DNA of 64,000 bases. Source: Camelus ferus. Its lineage: Eukaryota. The position numbers and the translations under genes are program-made. Each line of letters opens with the position of its first letter. Positions within the stretch are counted from its first letter, which is position 1. The notes below the pieces were generated by a model, which saw nothing but the letters and a program-made list of their open reading frames with translations, did no database searches and was not told the DNA's origin. The stretch spans positions 18,292,001 to 18,356,000 of the forward strand of contig NC_045697.1 of NCBI RefSeq assembly GCF_009834535.1, read 5' to 3'. Shown here piece by piece: positions 14,589 through 29,300 of this stretch.

Positions 14589-17224
14589 AGAAGTAAAATA
14601 TTTGTACTTTTCTATACTGTGCAGGTTTTCTGGTTTTAAACACGTAATTTCTCTCCCTCCCTTCTCCACTCCCTCTCTCCTTCCCTTTCTCTTACTCTCT
14701 CTCTCTGTATTTTTTTAAATGGTAATATTTGCTTTCTTAAATTAAAACAAAATGAGATAATAGTCCTTCAATGAACAAGAGTAAACATAGCTACGAAAGG
14801 ACACAGTATCCTGGCATTATTATATAACATCATTGTGTTTCTATCTTTTCCGTGCTCTGCATGCTAGTCTCCAAATAAACAGTGCAACTGTTGGCAAAAA
14901 TAAGAGTTAGAAACAAGCTAGAATGACCTTAGTGCAGCCAGCCACCCCTCAGCACATCATGCAGAGGACCCCGGTCCCCTGCACTCAGCTCTCCGAGGCC
15001 CGGGGCAGAAGTCAGGCTGTGGTCCTGAAGAAGCAACGCAGATGGTCTCAGCCCTGGGAGTCCAGGCCTCAGACTTGGCCTCCTCCCGAGAACCATCTGC
15101 GGGCAGATCCCAGCCGTCCTGTAGCCACAGTCACCAGCTCCCGTGGGCTCAAAGGGGCCCAGCCCAGCATGAAAGGAAGAAGGGGAGTACTCAGTTCTGG
15201 CCTCGGGGCAGATGTCCGGTGGGGCGGGCTGGCCGGCTCACCTGTCTCGCTTACCTGGCCCTCCTGCCTTTGAGTCCCACATGCACCTGAGCCTTTGTGT
15301 TCTTGCTCACTCCTTCCTACCACTGCCGGCTCTCTGGCCAGAGCCCTGCCTGGCACTGCCATTCCTACAGCCTCTTCCCAGCTCAGTTCCCACCACCTCT
15401 CTTCCCAGATGCCAAAGCCCTGATCACAAGGTTTTGGAATTCAAAGGGTTCCATTTTGACAAGAAAGGTGTGACAGGAGAGTAAAAGAAACAGCCAGCAC
15501 ACCTCTTAAGTGATGAAAAAGCTTGCATACTAAAAGACTCCCATCCTTGCAATAGAAAAAGCCCAAATGCTAATAGGGCAATTCCTATGCTCTGACAGGA
15601 GCCATTTTCCTAGGGAATTGGCAGTTCTCCAGGAAACAACAGAGAGGTCGACCCATCAGTATGCTCCCCCTGAAGTCTCGAATGTGGGGTCTTGTGTTGG
15701 ATGCCACCCAGAGCCTAGAGAGCGGTGAACTTCAGGACAGAGCAGCACGGGAGAATTCCTGGACCAAGCAAGGAAATCAGGATGCTGAGCCGAGGTTCCG
15801 TAATGCCAGGGGGCAGGACGAGCGCGCCGCACATCTATGTGCACCACAGCCGGGTGCCCTGACGAGGGCTACCGTCTTTAAAGCAAAGGTGTGCTGGCTC
15901 TGGATGGCGGGGAACAAGTCCTGTGACACTTCAGAGTGGGAACCACCAGTGGGGACAGCTGCATTTCACACTGGCTTGGCGCATCAGCTGTCAATACGTA
16001 AAAAGCCTCCCCCCTCCGCACACGCGGCCCTTGGCAGAGAGTAATGTGTGGGCCGGTCCACACTTTTCATTACAGTGGCCCCAGGGCCCAGCGCAGGGCT
16101 TGGAGGCACTCAATGCATGGGTGCCAAGCTGGGTTTGCATGTCCCTTAGGGCTGTTTTACACCTGGCAACCTGTACACTTCAGCAACAAGGCTACAGATA
16201 CATGAAAGCAAGAACCATGAGGGCTGAATTTTGGGAATTCTTTCATGATGGGTGTGCAGAGACTGAGAAGGATTCTGGTCTGCTTTTGTTGATGAGAGAG
16301 GGTTGGTTGACAGCATCCCGACTGACCTGGGAAACAGGACTATTTTGTAAAGGTGTTTTCAGAGCCAGGATGGCAGCTCCTGAGGTGGAGCAGGCTGAGG
16401 AAGTGTGTGAGAAAAGAGAAAAATGTATCAGTCTGGATTGGCGTCATGGCGTGGCCAGCGCAGACCTTGTATCTCCTGGAAGTCAAGTTCCTTGTTCTTT
16501 CAGTGGTTCACAGACGCACAAGAGATGCTTTTAGTGCTTACAATGGGATCACGTATTCATTTGGAGTGTGTTCAGTGACTCAAGAATGCTTATTGAGGGT
16601 CTTCAACAAAAAACCCCTAGATCCTGTTGCTGTCTTTGAAGATGTCTAAGCCTCACTATGGGATCAGACAGGCAAATCAGTATTGTAACGCAGTAAGACC
16701 GGTCCTGTTAAAGAGAGACCTACAAAGTGGCAAGGAGAGCCTGGGAGATGGAGCCGACTGCCTGGGGGGGACAGGAAGGATGATGCAAGGAGGCAGTAAC
16801 TGAGCTTGGACTTGGAGGCTGCCCACAGGGCAGGCAAGCCGAGGAGCGTGGGAGAGTGAGGTGTGCTCTCTGAGGGGAGTGGTGCAGAAATGTGCAGTGA
16901 GGGTCACACGGAAGAAGGACTGATAACTAAGCAGCTAACAGATGCCCAGCACCACTGCAGACACGGTGCAAGAACAGGAAGTGTAAGGGGATATGCACAC
17001 TTCTTGCACGACCCTCAACAAGCTCGACTGAGCAAGTGACAGACACACAGAGGATCAAAGAGCTACAACTCAAGGCAGACGAGATGAGCTCTATTCGAGC
17101 GACCCTATCTCTTATCTCTGCAGGGTACCTTTCTGTCCATGAAGCTCTTTCACAGATGCTGTCACTTCATGAAAGCATTATGTTCTTAATTCCTATGAAG
17201 CCAGACTTTCCCTAGTCTGTAAAT

Positions 17225-18085
17225 TACAAACATAAATTACACTCCACACCCGTGAGGATGGCTACTATCAAAACCCCGGAAGGTAACAGGTGTTGGTGAG
17301 CACGTGGAGAAGCGGGAACCGTTGCACACTGCTGACGGGAATGTAAGATGCTGCAGCCCCTATCGAGAACAGTACAATGGTTCCTTAAAAGATTAAACCC
17401 AGAACTACCAGATGGTCCAGCAAGTCGACCTCTGAGTATATATCTGAAAGAATTGAAAGCCAAGTCCTGAAGAGATACTTGCACACATGTTCAAAGCAGC
17501 ACTATTCACAATAGCCAAGGGGGGAAGCAACCCAAGTGTCCACTAACAGATGAATGAATAAACACAATGTGGTAGATGCATCCTGTGGAATATTATTCAG
17601 CCTTAAAAATGAAGACGATTCTGTGCTCGCTTCGGCAGCGCGGACACTAAAATTGGCACGACACAGAGAAGATTAACGTGGCCCCTGCACAAGGATGACA
17701 CACAAATTTGTGAAGCATTTCGTATTAAAAAAAAAAAAGATGAAGATTTTTGATGCAGGCTACAACATGGATAGACCTTGAGGACTTTATGCTAAGTGAC
17801 ATAAGCTAGTCACAGAAAGACAAATACTATGTGGTTCCACTCATATGAGGCACCTTGCTCATCAGGTTCATAGAGACAGAAAGGAGAATGGTGGTTCCCA
17901 GGGCCTGGGGGGTGGGAGCAGGATGGGGGTTTGTGGTTTAATGAGTGCAGAGTTTCAGTTTTGCAGGATGAAGAAGTTCTAGAGACCTGATTATGCAACA
18001 ATGTGAAGGTACTTAACTCTACTGAAGGGCACACTTGAAAATGGTTACAGTGGGGAATTTTACGTTATGTGTCTTTTACCACTGT
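17225..18085 (+). mobile_element. Old L1 (L1MB-like) 3' fragment, interrupted by the U6 retrocopy
   Basis: Motifs AAGCAACCCAAGTGTCCA, GGAATATTATTCAGCCTTAAAAA, ATGCTAAGTGA, AGTTTCAGTTTTGCAGGATGAA. Confidence 0.85.
17623..17738 (+). pseudogene. U6 snRNA processed pseudogene (full length, polyadenylated)
   Basis: 17623-17726 aligns by eye without gaps to recalled U6 (GTGCTCGCTTCGGCAGC...ACAGAGAAG...TATT) with about 14 substitutions in 104 nt, followed by A12. It is embedded in an L1 fragment and has no U6 PSE/TATA promoter. Confidence 0.93.
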
Positions 18086-18089
18086 TTCT

Positions 18090-18270
18090 TTTTTTTTTTT
18101 TTTTAATTGAAGTATAGTCGATTTACAATGTTGTGCTCATTTCTGGTGTACAGCATAGTGATTCAGTTATACATATACATATATATTCATTTTCACATTC
18201 TTTTTCATTATAGGCTATTGCAAGGTACTGGATATTGTTCCCTGCACTATCGTGCAGGAACTTGTTGTTT
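18090..18270 (-). mobile_element. Short L1 3'-end fragment, tail-to-tail with the older L1
   Basis: Poly-T, then AATTGAAGTATAGTCGATTTACAATGTTGTG...ATTGTTCCCTGCACTAT; homologous to the 12.6 and 38 kb copies. Confidence 0.8.
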
Positions 18271-20257
18271 CAAAAAACATTTTTTAATTACAGGCCTTCA
18301 AAAGTGAGGGTGTGAATATTGGGCAATTCTTTTTTGTAGTAGAAAAACAGAGCTCAGTCTTTTGGGAACAATGGACGTGGTGGCCACTCCTGGTCTCACT
18401 GGGCTAGGATGCAGAGGACACTCCCACTGGTTGTTGAGAAAGCCCAGGCTTCTAACTCTCCACCCCCTGCAACGCTCTCACAGCTCCTTTGAAGCGCACT
18501 GTTGGCTTGGAACGGGAGCAGTGATCCATCTAAAACCACACAGCGTGGGGAGAAAACACTGAAGCCTGACACACGTACGCGTAGCCGCCTGGAAGTGGGA
18601 TTGGCCAAATACGTGATGCGATGCGGCCAAGAAAACGGTGTCTCTGTGGCAAAGAAGCAGAGATCACAGGCCACTGTCTCACGCTGTCATATATGTGTAT
18701 TTTTTAATGCCTGCAAAAACTAATTTCACCAATTAATTCCCTTTGTGAGCACTACGGGACCTGACATTTTTCCTTGCACTGAGCCTAAGTAACTCTCATT
18801 CAAAACACGGCCGTATCTTTGTTCTCTCCTGGCTCACAGGGACCACTTAGTCAATACGTGTTTAGAGTGAATGAATGGAAGGTTGTGATGTGAGCGACTT
18901 AAGGAGCTGCTCACATAGTTAAATTCCTTATCTGTTACTGCGCCCACTCAGTTCCTACAGCAGACATTCCAAGCAGCCAACATCTGATACTTGGGTCCGT
19001 TCTTGTAGCTCAGCTCAGATACGGGAAATGTAATACGATGAGGGTGTTCTAGGAAAGTCAGCAGGACCAAACAGCTCAGGCCAGCAGCAGAAAACATGAT
19101 GCGAACATAGTTCCTATTGACTCGAGTGGCCCCAAGCCCTCCAAAGCCGCTAGACACTCACGGCAAGATAAACTTGGAAGAAAAGGTATGTGAGGCACCA
19201 GGAATAGACACACAGTCACACCCGTCTGACTACTACTCTTTTTATAGGAGACCAGAGTAAAGATATGTAAATAATGTAAACTTGTGAAGTTTTTTTTTTT
19301 AACTCTCAATTTACAAAATCAAATTTTCTGCATTTTTCTCAGGACTGTTAGAAATGGGGCACAATGTGTGACACCACTCTCCAGGGTTAGCCAGAGGACG
19401 CTATGATAGCGCCACACACGGGCCGTGTGCCAGTGAGAGATGAACTGCAATGAGGAGTGAGTGCCTTATCTCTGCAGAAGGTTCCCCAGTCCCTATGGAT
19501 GGGACTGGTAAAATAGGGGCTGAAGGCAGAATGGGGGCCTGAGGTGGGCTCTGGAGATCTGCCTACCCTTCTTGCCCTTCCGCTCGGCCTGCTCCTGGGC
19601 CCCAGGAAATGGTAGGAGAAGAGGAAAAGAGGTGGCTGTGTGCCCAGAGACATAGGCCCCTCAAGGATACGTTTGTTGGCACTGATCTAAGCAGACTTGG
19701 CACCAGAAGGACTCAACTGGCTGGCTGGGCACCAGCCGTGGGCCCCAAAGTGGCAAATCTGGCTTTGAGCCCCATCTCCCATCACGGATGGGGGCCCCCC
19801 CGGAAGTCAAACAGAGGGCGTTTCTGTGCTGCAGTGTGACAGCTCCAAGGCATTTCAGCCCAGGAAGCCTTCAGGTTTGAGGGCTCCTGATCTGGGTTTT
19901 TAATTAGCTCCCTTTCCAGGCTTCCACAGAGAATAAAATCCTTCTAAATTCTTATAAGCAAAACTTCTGAGCTATAAAGATAACATGAAAACACTTTTTA
20001 TCGAGAGTATTTGCTTTAAAAAGAATGTTTTGTGAGAATGATTCACTTCTGTTCCCAATCAGCAAAACTGTATTTAAATATATCAGAAATCTCATGAAAC
20101 CAGTGCTGAGGTGGATGTGGTTTTAGCCCGTTTAGCCTACCCTCTCCAACATGCATCTCCTTCTTCTGTTCGCCTGTCTCAGGGGGCAGCCCCGCCACCA
20201 CCCACAAAAACCCAAGAATTTTCTCTGCCGGGTAATAAGAATATAACACTTACACAG

Positions 20258-20494
20258 CAGTGATTCTCAACTGGGGGCGATTTGGCCTCCTTGGGGACAC
20301 TTGGCAATGTCTGGAGACATTTTGGGTTATCATACTTGAGAGGGGGAGCCATGGGTGGGTAGTGAGTGCTGCTGGCATTCAGTGAGTAGCGACCAGAAGT
20401 GTAGCTAAACATCCTATAATGCACAGGACAGACCTCTCACAATGACGAATTACCCAGTCTGAAATGTCAGTGGTGCCAAGGTTGAGAAACGCTG
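20258..20494. mobile_element. MER20 (hAT-Charlie) DNA transposon
   Basis: TIRs CAGTGATTCTCAAC / GTTGAGAAACGCTG; internal GGGGACACTTGGCAATGTCTGGAGACATTTT. Confidence 0.85.
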
Positions 20495-20689
20495 CTTACA
20501 TCGAGTTTACTAAGTGCTGATACTCGTCTAAGTATCAATTCATTTAATCCAACACTAGGAGAGAAGGACTATTCGAACTCCCATTTTGCAGATGAGGAAA
20601 CTGAGGCTCAGAGAAACAAGGTATCTTGCCTAAGATCACACAGCTAGCAAGGGCTAAGTGAAAATCGGAACGAGGTCACCTGGCTTCAG

Positions 20690-21420
20690 AGGCTATGCTG
20701 TCCCCAACTCCATGTGGCCTCCCTCACCGGGATCCAGGCAGTCATGAAGTCCTTCAGAGCCAACCCCTTTACATCCCTGGGCTCCGTCTCCATCACTCTG
20801 TCCCATTCAAGCCTGCAACCTCTCCTCCCTGGACCATGCAGTGGACCCCTGTGTCCGGCTCCACACCCCTCTAGTTCATCTCCCTCAACCTCCCACTGCT
20901 GCCAAGGGTGACCACAAAAACCCAAATCTGATCATGCCTCTATCCCCTGCTTGAAACCCTTCAGCGAGTCCCTGTCACCTACAAGGGAAAGCCAAAATTT
21001 TCCAGGATGGTGTCTGAGCTCTAGTCAGAATCGTCACTCTCCAGGCCCTTTCCTGCTTCCCAAACCCCTTGCACATCCTGAAAAATGCTGTGCTCTTCCC
21101 GGCTCTCTGCCTCTACTCTGCCTGGAATACCCACCCCCACCTTGCTTATCTGGCAAACACCAACTGACTCTTCAAGAACAATCCTAGTGTCAACCTCCTC
21201 CAGGAAGCCTTCCCTGAATACCTTAGTCTTCCAAGTCAAAGTTCCCACTCTCTTCTTTGGTGCCTTTGCCAATTACTCCCACAGCTTTTATTTTTTTAAA
21301 AAAATGCATTACCATTTTCTTTGCTTTCAAGTCTATCCCTCAAGGGCAGAAAACTTGTATTATTTTACTTATCTCTGAAGTCTAGCCAAGTAACCGAGCA
21401 GTCACCCAATAAATATCAAA
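20690..21420 (+). mobile_element. L2 LINE 3' fragment (other L2-like tracts near 5.1-5.55, 6.2-6.6, 29.2-29.5, 33.4-33.9, 44.55-45.2 and 51.2-51.6 kb)
   Basis: AAATCTGATCATGCCTC...CTTGAAACCCTTCAG...ACCTCCTCCAGGAAGCCTTCCCTGA...CAATAAATAT. Confidence 0.65.
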
Positions 21421-22395
21421 TGAACCAGAAGTGAAATATCTTGTATGGCTTGAATTCTTACAAGACGGGGTGAGGGTAAGTCACTATCTGCAAAGAGAGT
21501 CTATCTTGTTGGACACTGCTGTTCTTAAGAAGTTCTTATTTGAAGCAGAAATCAGTTTCTGCATGGCCTTGTCTCAAGGATCTGGTCGCATGCAGAACAC
21601 AGGCTGCCGCTCACCGATCATTGTCATCACCCTCCTTATCATTCCCTTCCCCAGGCAGAACATCTCCAGGGTTTCTCTTTCTAACACATTGTTTCACAAT
21701 CCTTCATGGTCCTACAGTGTGTACTTAATTATTCAGCAAACCTAAATCACAATGGACTTAAGGAGAAGCTGGCCGCATCTGGGATGTGTATGTAGATTCC
21801 TGAGATGCTGCTTAAAGTGAACTTCAAATCAGGGGTCTCAAGTTCACATGCCTGAGGGTCCAGGCAGGTAAGAGCCATAAATGAAGTAGGCAGGCGGGGC
21901 TGTGGATGGACGGGGCTGTGGATGGACAGAGCATGCCTATACTGACCATTCAACCTCTGGGATTTTGGCCATGTAGGAGTGGACGCCCAGTGTTGCCAGA
22001 TCTTTGGATTTTTTGAGAAAAACTAGAAATTTGCATTTTCATATAAGCTTTTAGATACTGGTAACTCTTTTTTTTTTTTTAATTGACAATAATATGTATG
22101 CCAAAGCAACCACACTTGGGGGCCAGCTCTGGCTGCCAGCTGTTCATCTGTGGCCTTGGCTTTAAATGAAGAATTTCTCGAGTGATTCCTAAATTTAAGT
22201 TTTTGTATTTAGTGTCGGAAATGGGCACGGAGATACTGAGAGCCGTGGACATACAAGGGCAGAATTTAAATCTGAAATGAAGCTAGAGCACCAGGGTTAA
22301 AAATAACTTCGAGGTAAAAATCACCAAAGAGGGCTAGGAAAAGCAGAAACGCAGGGACCTTCCTTGCCAGGGTCCAAAGGCAAGGTGCAGACTTA

Positions 22396-22575
<180 letters not shown>

Positions 22576-24068
22576 TTAGGAGAGGGAGGGTCTCCCCTCC
22601 TTAAACCCCTTCCTCTTAGAGGAACTAGAAATCAGAGCTCAGACTTAACGTTACTGGATGTTGGTTTGAGTGCATCAGGGATTTGAAATTGGCTATGATG
22701 CCTCTGCCTTGAGGTCACAAATTCAAAGCCATGTCCAAGGGAAATGTGCCAAAGTTGCTGATAGCTGTTGAATAATTCTACAGAACGAGCAGCTGGCCTC
22801 GGATGGGCCCCCAGGAGGCCAATATCTAGGCCATTTTGTTGGCAACGTGAATCGAGGAGCAAAGCACAGGGACCCCCAGGGAGGCCAGGCTATAGAAGAT
22901 GTTAGGAAAGTCTTCCCAACGCCACCAAACCAATCAGTATGCAAGACTGGCCTTCAGACTCTGGGTACCTCTCCTGAAATTGCATCAGCTATCAAAATCA
23001 GTTTCTTTCCTGTTTGGGATATTACTATTCCTATATATCTCCCCCCTCTTCTGACAGCATCATATTTTCTGGATGATTCAGCGGTGACAGTGGCAGCTGG
23101 GGGACCAGTATAGCCTATTCTTAAATTAAATTGCAGAAGTGCTGCTTTTCTTCACTGACCTACCACCACCTCTAATCACTTCCCAGGACTGTTTTATGTG
23201 AATCTTATCGGGATGGGGTATATTCAAGACGTATCCATCCCTCCCTGGTCTGGGATGGGAAGTTCAGTTCTGGAGATGTTGAGACATTTAGGCAGGACAG
23301 AAATACTCAATTCGCTTTTGCTGAGATGGAAAAGGCCCCACAGGAATTTCTCTTCCAGAAGGAACATATGTGAGTAAATCTAGGGCCACCATATCATGCA
23401 AGAAGATCTATAACCAGAGACATTCATAAGTGCTAGATCCAAGCCGGAACATTGGAAGACAAGACGGGATGAGTTTTATAACAGACACACACTCTGTATG
23501 AATGAAAGGCTGTCCGTGCAAATATGGGCAGATATGAAAGCAGTCAATTTGAAATTCATTCCTTCTGTTGAAAAATTACCAGTGTCTTCCAGAATGAGTC
23601 AATTTCAAGGATTAAAAAAAAAAAACAAAAAACCCAGCCCCAAACAACAAAGTCATTGTTCAACATTTCTGAAAGCTAATATTCAGATATTAATGGTCCA
23701 AGACAAAAGTGCACCGATGGGGAAATACTTTTGATGATTAATTTATTTTCCAATTCATTTTTATTTTCTTAGACTGGCCTAAGATCCTATTACAGATGGG
23801 CATAATGCAATTTGAGGCTCAAAACACTCATTTATATTCTTAAACTAAATCACGGCTGGTTGAAGCCACGAGGCAGGTTTGGATTCTCGCTGGCTGTTGG
23901 TCTTATTGGAATTCAGGTGGAATGCAGATACCTTCATCTGCATCCATCTGGGGAGGTCACACTTGTCCTCACCGGTCAAGTCACATATGTTCTATTTTAA
24001 CTCCCCTGAAAGAAGCCAGATGTGTTGCTACAAATGACCGGAGTCAAAAATTGCCCACCTGAAGTTCA

Positions 24069-24209
<141 letters not shown>

Positions 24210-25930
24210 CTACAAGAGGGCAAGAAAACAGAATGAACAACTGTCATCAAACACCCATGGATACCTATGAGGCTACGTTCAGGTGGATTTCCTCCTCTCA
24301 CTGATGTTACCAGGTGGTTATTTGTACACAGATCACCCACCCTGGATTCTCAGGGGAAGGGTGTTACTAGTAATTCAAGGATATGCAGGCTCAGATCTCT
24401 TCCCTCCAGTTTCTTTTTGTAGCCTCTTCCCTGCAGAGCTTCTTAAGTTGTCAGGATTTCCCAGAGACCAGGCCTTCATCCTTTTCTTTTCCCCACCACT
24501 GCCTGCTGTCCCCAGAAAATGATAGCTATTTCCCCTGAGTTCCCAAAGGAATGCCAAGTCTACTGATGCTGCGTATGCTGCCTGGAAGCCCTCCTCCCCT
24601 TTTTTCTGCCTCGAAGGCTCCTACCTCAACCTCCAAGAGCCAAATCCCAGTCCATCACTTCAGGGCAGCCTCCTTAACAGCCCACCCCACCAGCACACAT
24701 GTACCCAGGCAGACAGTGGCACCTCCGTACTCCCAAACACTGTGCTCGAGTCTGAATTAAAGCACATACCCTATTCTTTCATGAGTTACCTGTTTGAGAC
24801 ACAGACAGGGAGCCCCTCAAGAACAAAGGCCTTACCTCAACTCGATTTTCAGTGCAAGTTGTGACCCACTACAGGGTCATGAAATTATTTCAGTGGATTG
24901 TAACCAACAGTGATTTTAATTTTTATAAAGCAGAACACAAAATATTAGAGTACACTGAACATAGCAAGGGCACGTATACTTAGTAAAACTTTTGTTTCAG
25001 TTTTGTGTTTTATATATACGTATGTGTGCATGTATATATGTGCGTATGTACGTGCATGTGTGTGTGTATGTGTGTATTTGTATATTCATATGTATGTACT
25101 GCTAGAAATGCTAGAAATAGATTTCTGGGAATCACCTCCAAAAAAACCTTTGAAAACCACCACCTTAATTCATTTGGATGCCTCAGCATCTCTCACAGAG
25201 CCTGGCACATAGTAGTTGCTCTTTAAGTACTTGCTGCACAAATGAATAAATGAATTTCATTTTTTCCTCTTACAGAGGTCTCTTAATAGGGGCTCCAAGA
25301 TGACTCATGGGTGATATGGTGCCTCATTTTCCAAATGACTTTGCCGAGTAACTCCTGCTTTTCTCAGAAGAAACCCCACGAGTTCACGGGAATGAAACAA
25401 TGCTCCTTTTTCCTGTATCTGGTGTTCTAACCAAGGCAAAAAAAAGCAACTGCGTTGAAGTTTCTCTCTTGGGGCAGCCCTCCTCTACCTGCCAGCCCCG
25501 CCAGAGCTGGCCTGGAGACCTGGACGGTGCCACCTCATTTGTGGCTGGGTTTTGGATGTGCAAATTCAGTTCCGAACACAAAGCCCTTTGCGATCTCTAC
25601 CACCGCAGCCAACCCACCAGTGGGAGCCGAAGGCCTGCATTTCTGGAGAGAGCAGTCAGCGGAACCAAGATGCTAATTTGCTGGAGTGTCTCCTCTTCTG
25701 ATACTTTAAATAATAGCATATAAAAGAAGCTTTACCAAATAACTAAGATTCTCGCTTTTCATTAGCTTAATCACTGGATAGGCAACAGCCCGATAAAAAT
25801 CTACTCTATAATTAAGCTACTAGTTATTAAAACAGAGGAAGTAAATGGTTTCCATTTTATGAGTACTAAATGAGCCAAACGTTCACACAAATCTATTATC
25901 ACATTTGCTGGGGGAAAAGTCTCCATATTA

Positions 25931-26308
<378 letters not shown>

Positions 26309-29300
26309 TCACTCTTGAGTTCTAAAAGATGAGACTAAGGTGCAGTCAGGCAGACTTGGGCTAGGATCCCAACTCTGCTGTTTACCAGCTGTGTGACCTT
26401 GGACCAGTTGCTCAACCTCTCTGAGTCTGAGTTTTCTCATTAGCAAAATGATAATTCCTCTCTTACTAGACTGGTAAGAGGATTAAGTAGATGTAAAGGC
26501 TTAGAGCATCGAGCATAAGTACTCAATACTTGCTGGCTATTGATATTGGTGAAATTGTTTGGAATCATTGGAATTATTTGGAATTGCTCATCTTAATTGG
26601 AAGTATTTTATTCTAAAAGGGAAAAAAGAAAACTTGGTGAATGGACAGAAGATGGCTGTGGAGGAAAATAAAAACACACCCTATTAGATAAGAACTGAGG
26701 TCAAATTCAGAGTTAGGAGAAGGAGGCCACAGCAGAGCCAAAGGGCTTGGCCAAAGACAAGAGGCCAGCACGGGTGATGTGTTGGAAGCCCGCTTTGTCC
26801 TGAAAGACTTGAAGGATCAGAAAGGAAAATGGAGGGGAAAGAAAAGCTGGCATGAATAAAATTCACGAGGTTGTTCCCTGTAGCATTGTTTACGTTCACA
26901 AAAGAGTGGAAAACCCAGGGGTCTGTCGACGAGGACTGGTACCCACACGCATCCGATGGGCCCTGAACATGAGCTCTTTCACAACATAGCTTAAAAAAGG
27001 ACAAAGGGCTCCGTGTACTGAGCTGCAGAAAACTCTAAAATACATTGTTAAGTGAAAAATCAAAAAATGAAAGAGCAGAACAATGACTACACTTTTTATC
27101 CAAGAAAGAGGAGAATGAATTTTTTTATTTTTTGTATTTGAATTGAAAAATTCTGGAAGTATCTGTACGAAAGTAATAAAAGTATTTTCCCCATGGTGTG
27201 GGGGGGTAGAGGGTGGAGTGGACAGGGACAGAGCTGGAAACAAGACAACTAACTGTATACCTTTTCACAGAGGTTTGATGTTTTAAACCTTGTGCATTTA
27301 TTCCCTATTTAGAAATTAAAATAGGAATGGGTGGACGAGCAACCATCAGAGCATATGTGAACAGCAGGGTTGGAGGAGGTCAAGACAGGGATCAAGTGAA
27401 GAGCCAGGCAAAAACAAATGAGCCAGGGAGCGCAGGGGACAGATGGAAGCAACAGGAAAGAACATAACAGGTCAGGTATCAAAGAGTGACGGGCCAGGTG
27501 ACACGGACAGGGACAGAGCAGCTGCCAGTGGTCAGATCAGAGAAGCCAGGCAACCTGGGTTATCCCAGGAGAAAGGATGGACTGACTGTTAGCCAGAAAC
27601 CCGACCCTTAGCAGGTGCTCCTGGCCAGAAGAAGACCAAAAGGTGAAGAAACGGGCACTCTGACAACATCAGCCGATGGCAGCAAGAGGGAACACTTAGG
27701 GGTTCGCTGTCTGCAATGGCAACTAAAGTGGAAAAGAAATGCTTTATCTCCTATGTTTCTTTTTCCAGAATCTCAGGCTTGAAGGGCCACGAGAAGATAA
27801 TGACCTCCTCCCTTGTCTGCAGGTGGGACCACAAAGTTACAATTTCTGAGGGCTGTGAATTGACTCTGTTTTTCAAGATCTGCGAAAGATTTGAACATTC
27901 CAGCTACACTCACGAGGAAATAACCCGGGACTCGGTGGACACAAAGTGATGCTTCTGAGGCGGAAGTTCTAGTGACGGAACGCCGCTTCACCAACTCACC
28001 AGCTCACCTGGGGGCCCATCCCTGCGACATGCTGGATGCTTGCCAGCTGGAGGCAACTCTGGAGCCTTCGTCTTCTAATTTTTAAAAGGAGACAATAATA
28101 GTACCCATCTATAGGGTTTGGGGGAGGATTAAGTAAGCTGATATTTAAACAAAGCATTTAGAACACTGCCTGGCATACAGTAGACGCCATATCTATTAAC
28201 TCCAGTTATTATTATTAGTTATTATTATTATTAACCTAGTCCCCTCTTGGATTTTAGCTGCGATTTCTTGAGTTGAGTGCTTAGCAAGAGTAAGATGTGT
28301 TTGTTCCCAAGCCTCTCTGTTGCCAATTGTACAGTCACTGTAACCATACGCTTTAATTAAATCTTATGTAATCCAATAAAATATGGATGGAGAAGAAAGA
28401 GATGTTCATTCTATAAAAATTAAGTTGAATATTTTGGGTGGACTCAGCAAAGAATGGTAACTGAAAAACTGTTATGGAATTAGGACAGCTGGAAAGGCTG
28501 GAAAAAGAAACTGAAGACACCTAGGTGGATTGGGTAGTTTCACAAGTGCCTTCGCTTTCTTTTCATTTGGGAGAAATAGAAATTGGGTACCGCTTACGCG
28601 AGAAAGGTCACAGGGAACTCCAATCAGCAGATCCAGACTCAAAAGCAAGGCCCTATCTGGAAAACAAATGAATGTACATTTCCTTTTTTTAATTAAAATG
28701 TTTATGGAATCTTTTTTTATGGATCTTTGTTTTAACTGAATTTTCAACTAATTAATCCATTACTTGTTCCTTCCGGTCCTAGACTGTGATTTTTTATCAT
28801 TGTTCTAATAAAACTGATAGAGCTTCCCAGCTGGGCCTCCCTCTACATCGGTGCCTCCACGTTTTTCTCCTCTAGAATTCTCAGTGGCTGCACCAAGACT
28901 GCAAGAGATTCCTTGTACTGTGCATCGTTTGATGGTTATCAGTTTCGAGGACATAAAAAGCTGAGCTAGATGGTTCAAGAGCCCAAACTGGTCCCCTTCT
29001 CAAGGCTCTGACATGCTGGCAAACTATCTTTACTCTTACCTGACGTGGGAGAGTGCCCTGGTGCGTTACTGTGGAGGACCAGCAGTGGGAAAGAACCGCT
29101 TCCATCGTTAAAAAGGCCTCGCTCAGAATTAGGGAACAGCTTTGGCTCGAGGGTTCTTTAGGGAAACTTAGAGCCTCAATTTAGCTGTCCCTCTCATCCC
29201 TTAAAGTAATTTTCATCTTAAGTGTCACTTCCCCAGGGCCTGGTCTAAATTCTGGCCTCTTTGTTATCTTCTCAGGCCAACCTACATTTCCTTCCCTGCA

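Noticed and set aside
15923..16534. 203-aa plus-strand ORF
   Set aside because: Non-ATG start, no recognisable homology, intronic and antisense; likely chance.
17623..17726. Functional U6 snRNA gene
   Set aside because: Poly(A) tail, mutated AGC triad, no upstream Pol III promoter, and it sits inside an L1.
26558..26605. Short repeated TTGGAAT units resembling an array
   Set aside because: Only 3-4 degenerate units of about 10 bp at a MIR edge, with no repeat-spacer structure; not CRISPR-like.
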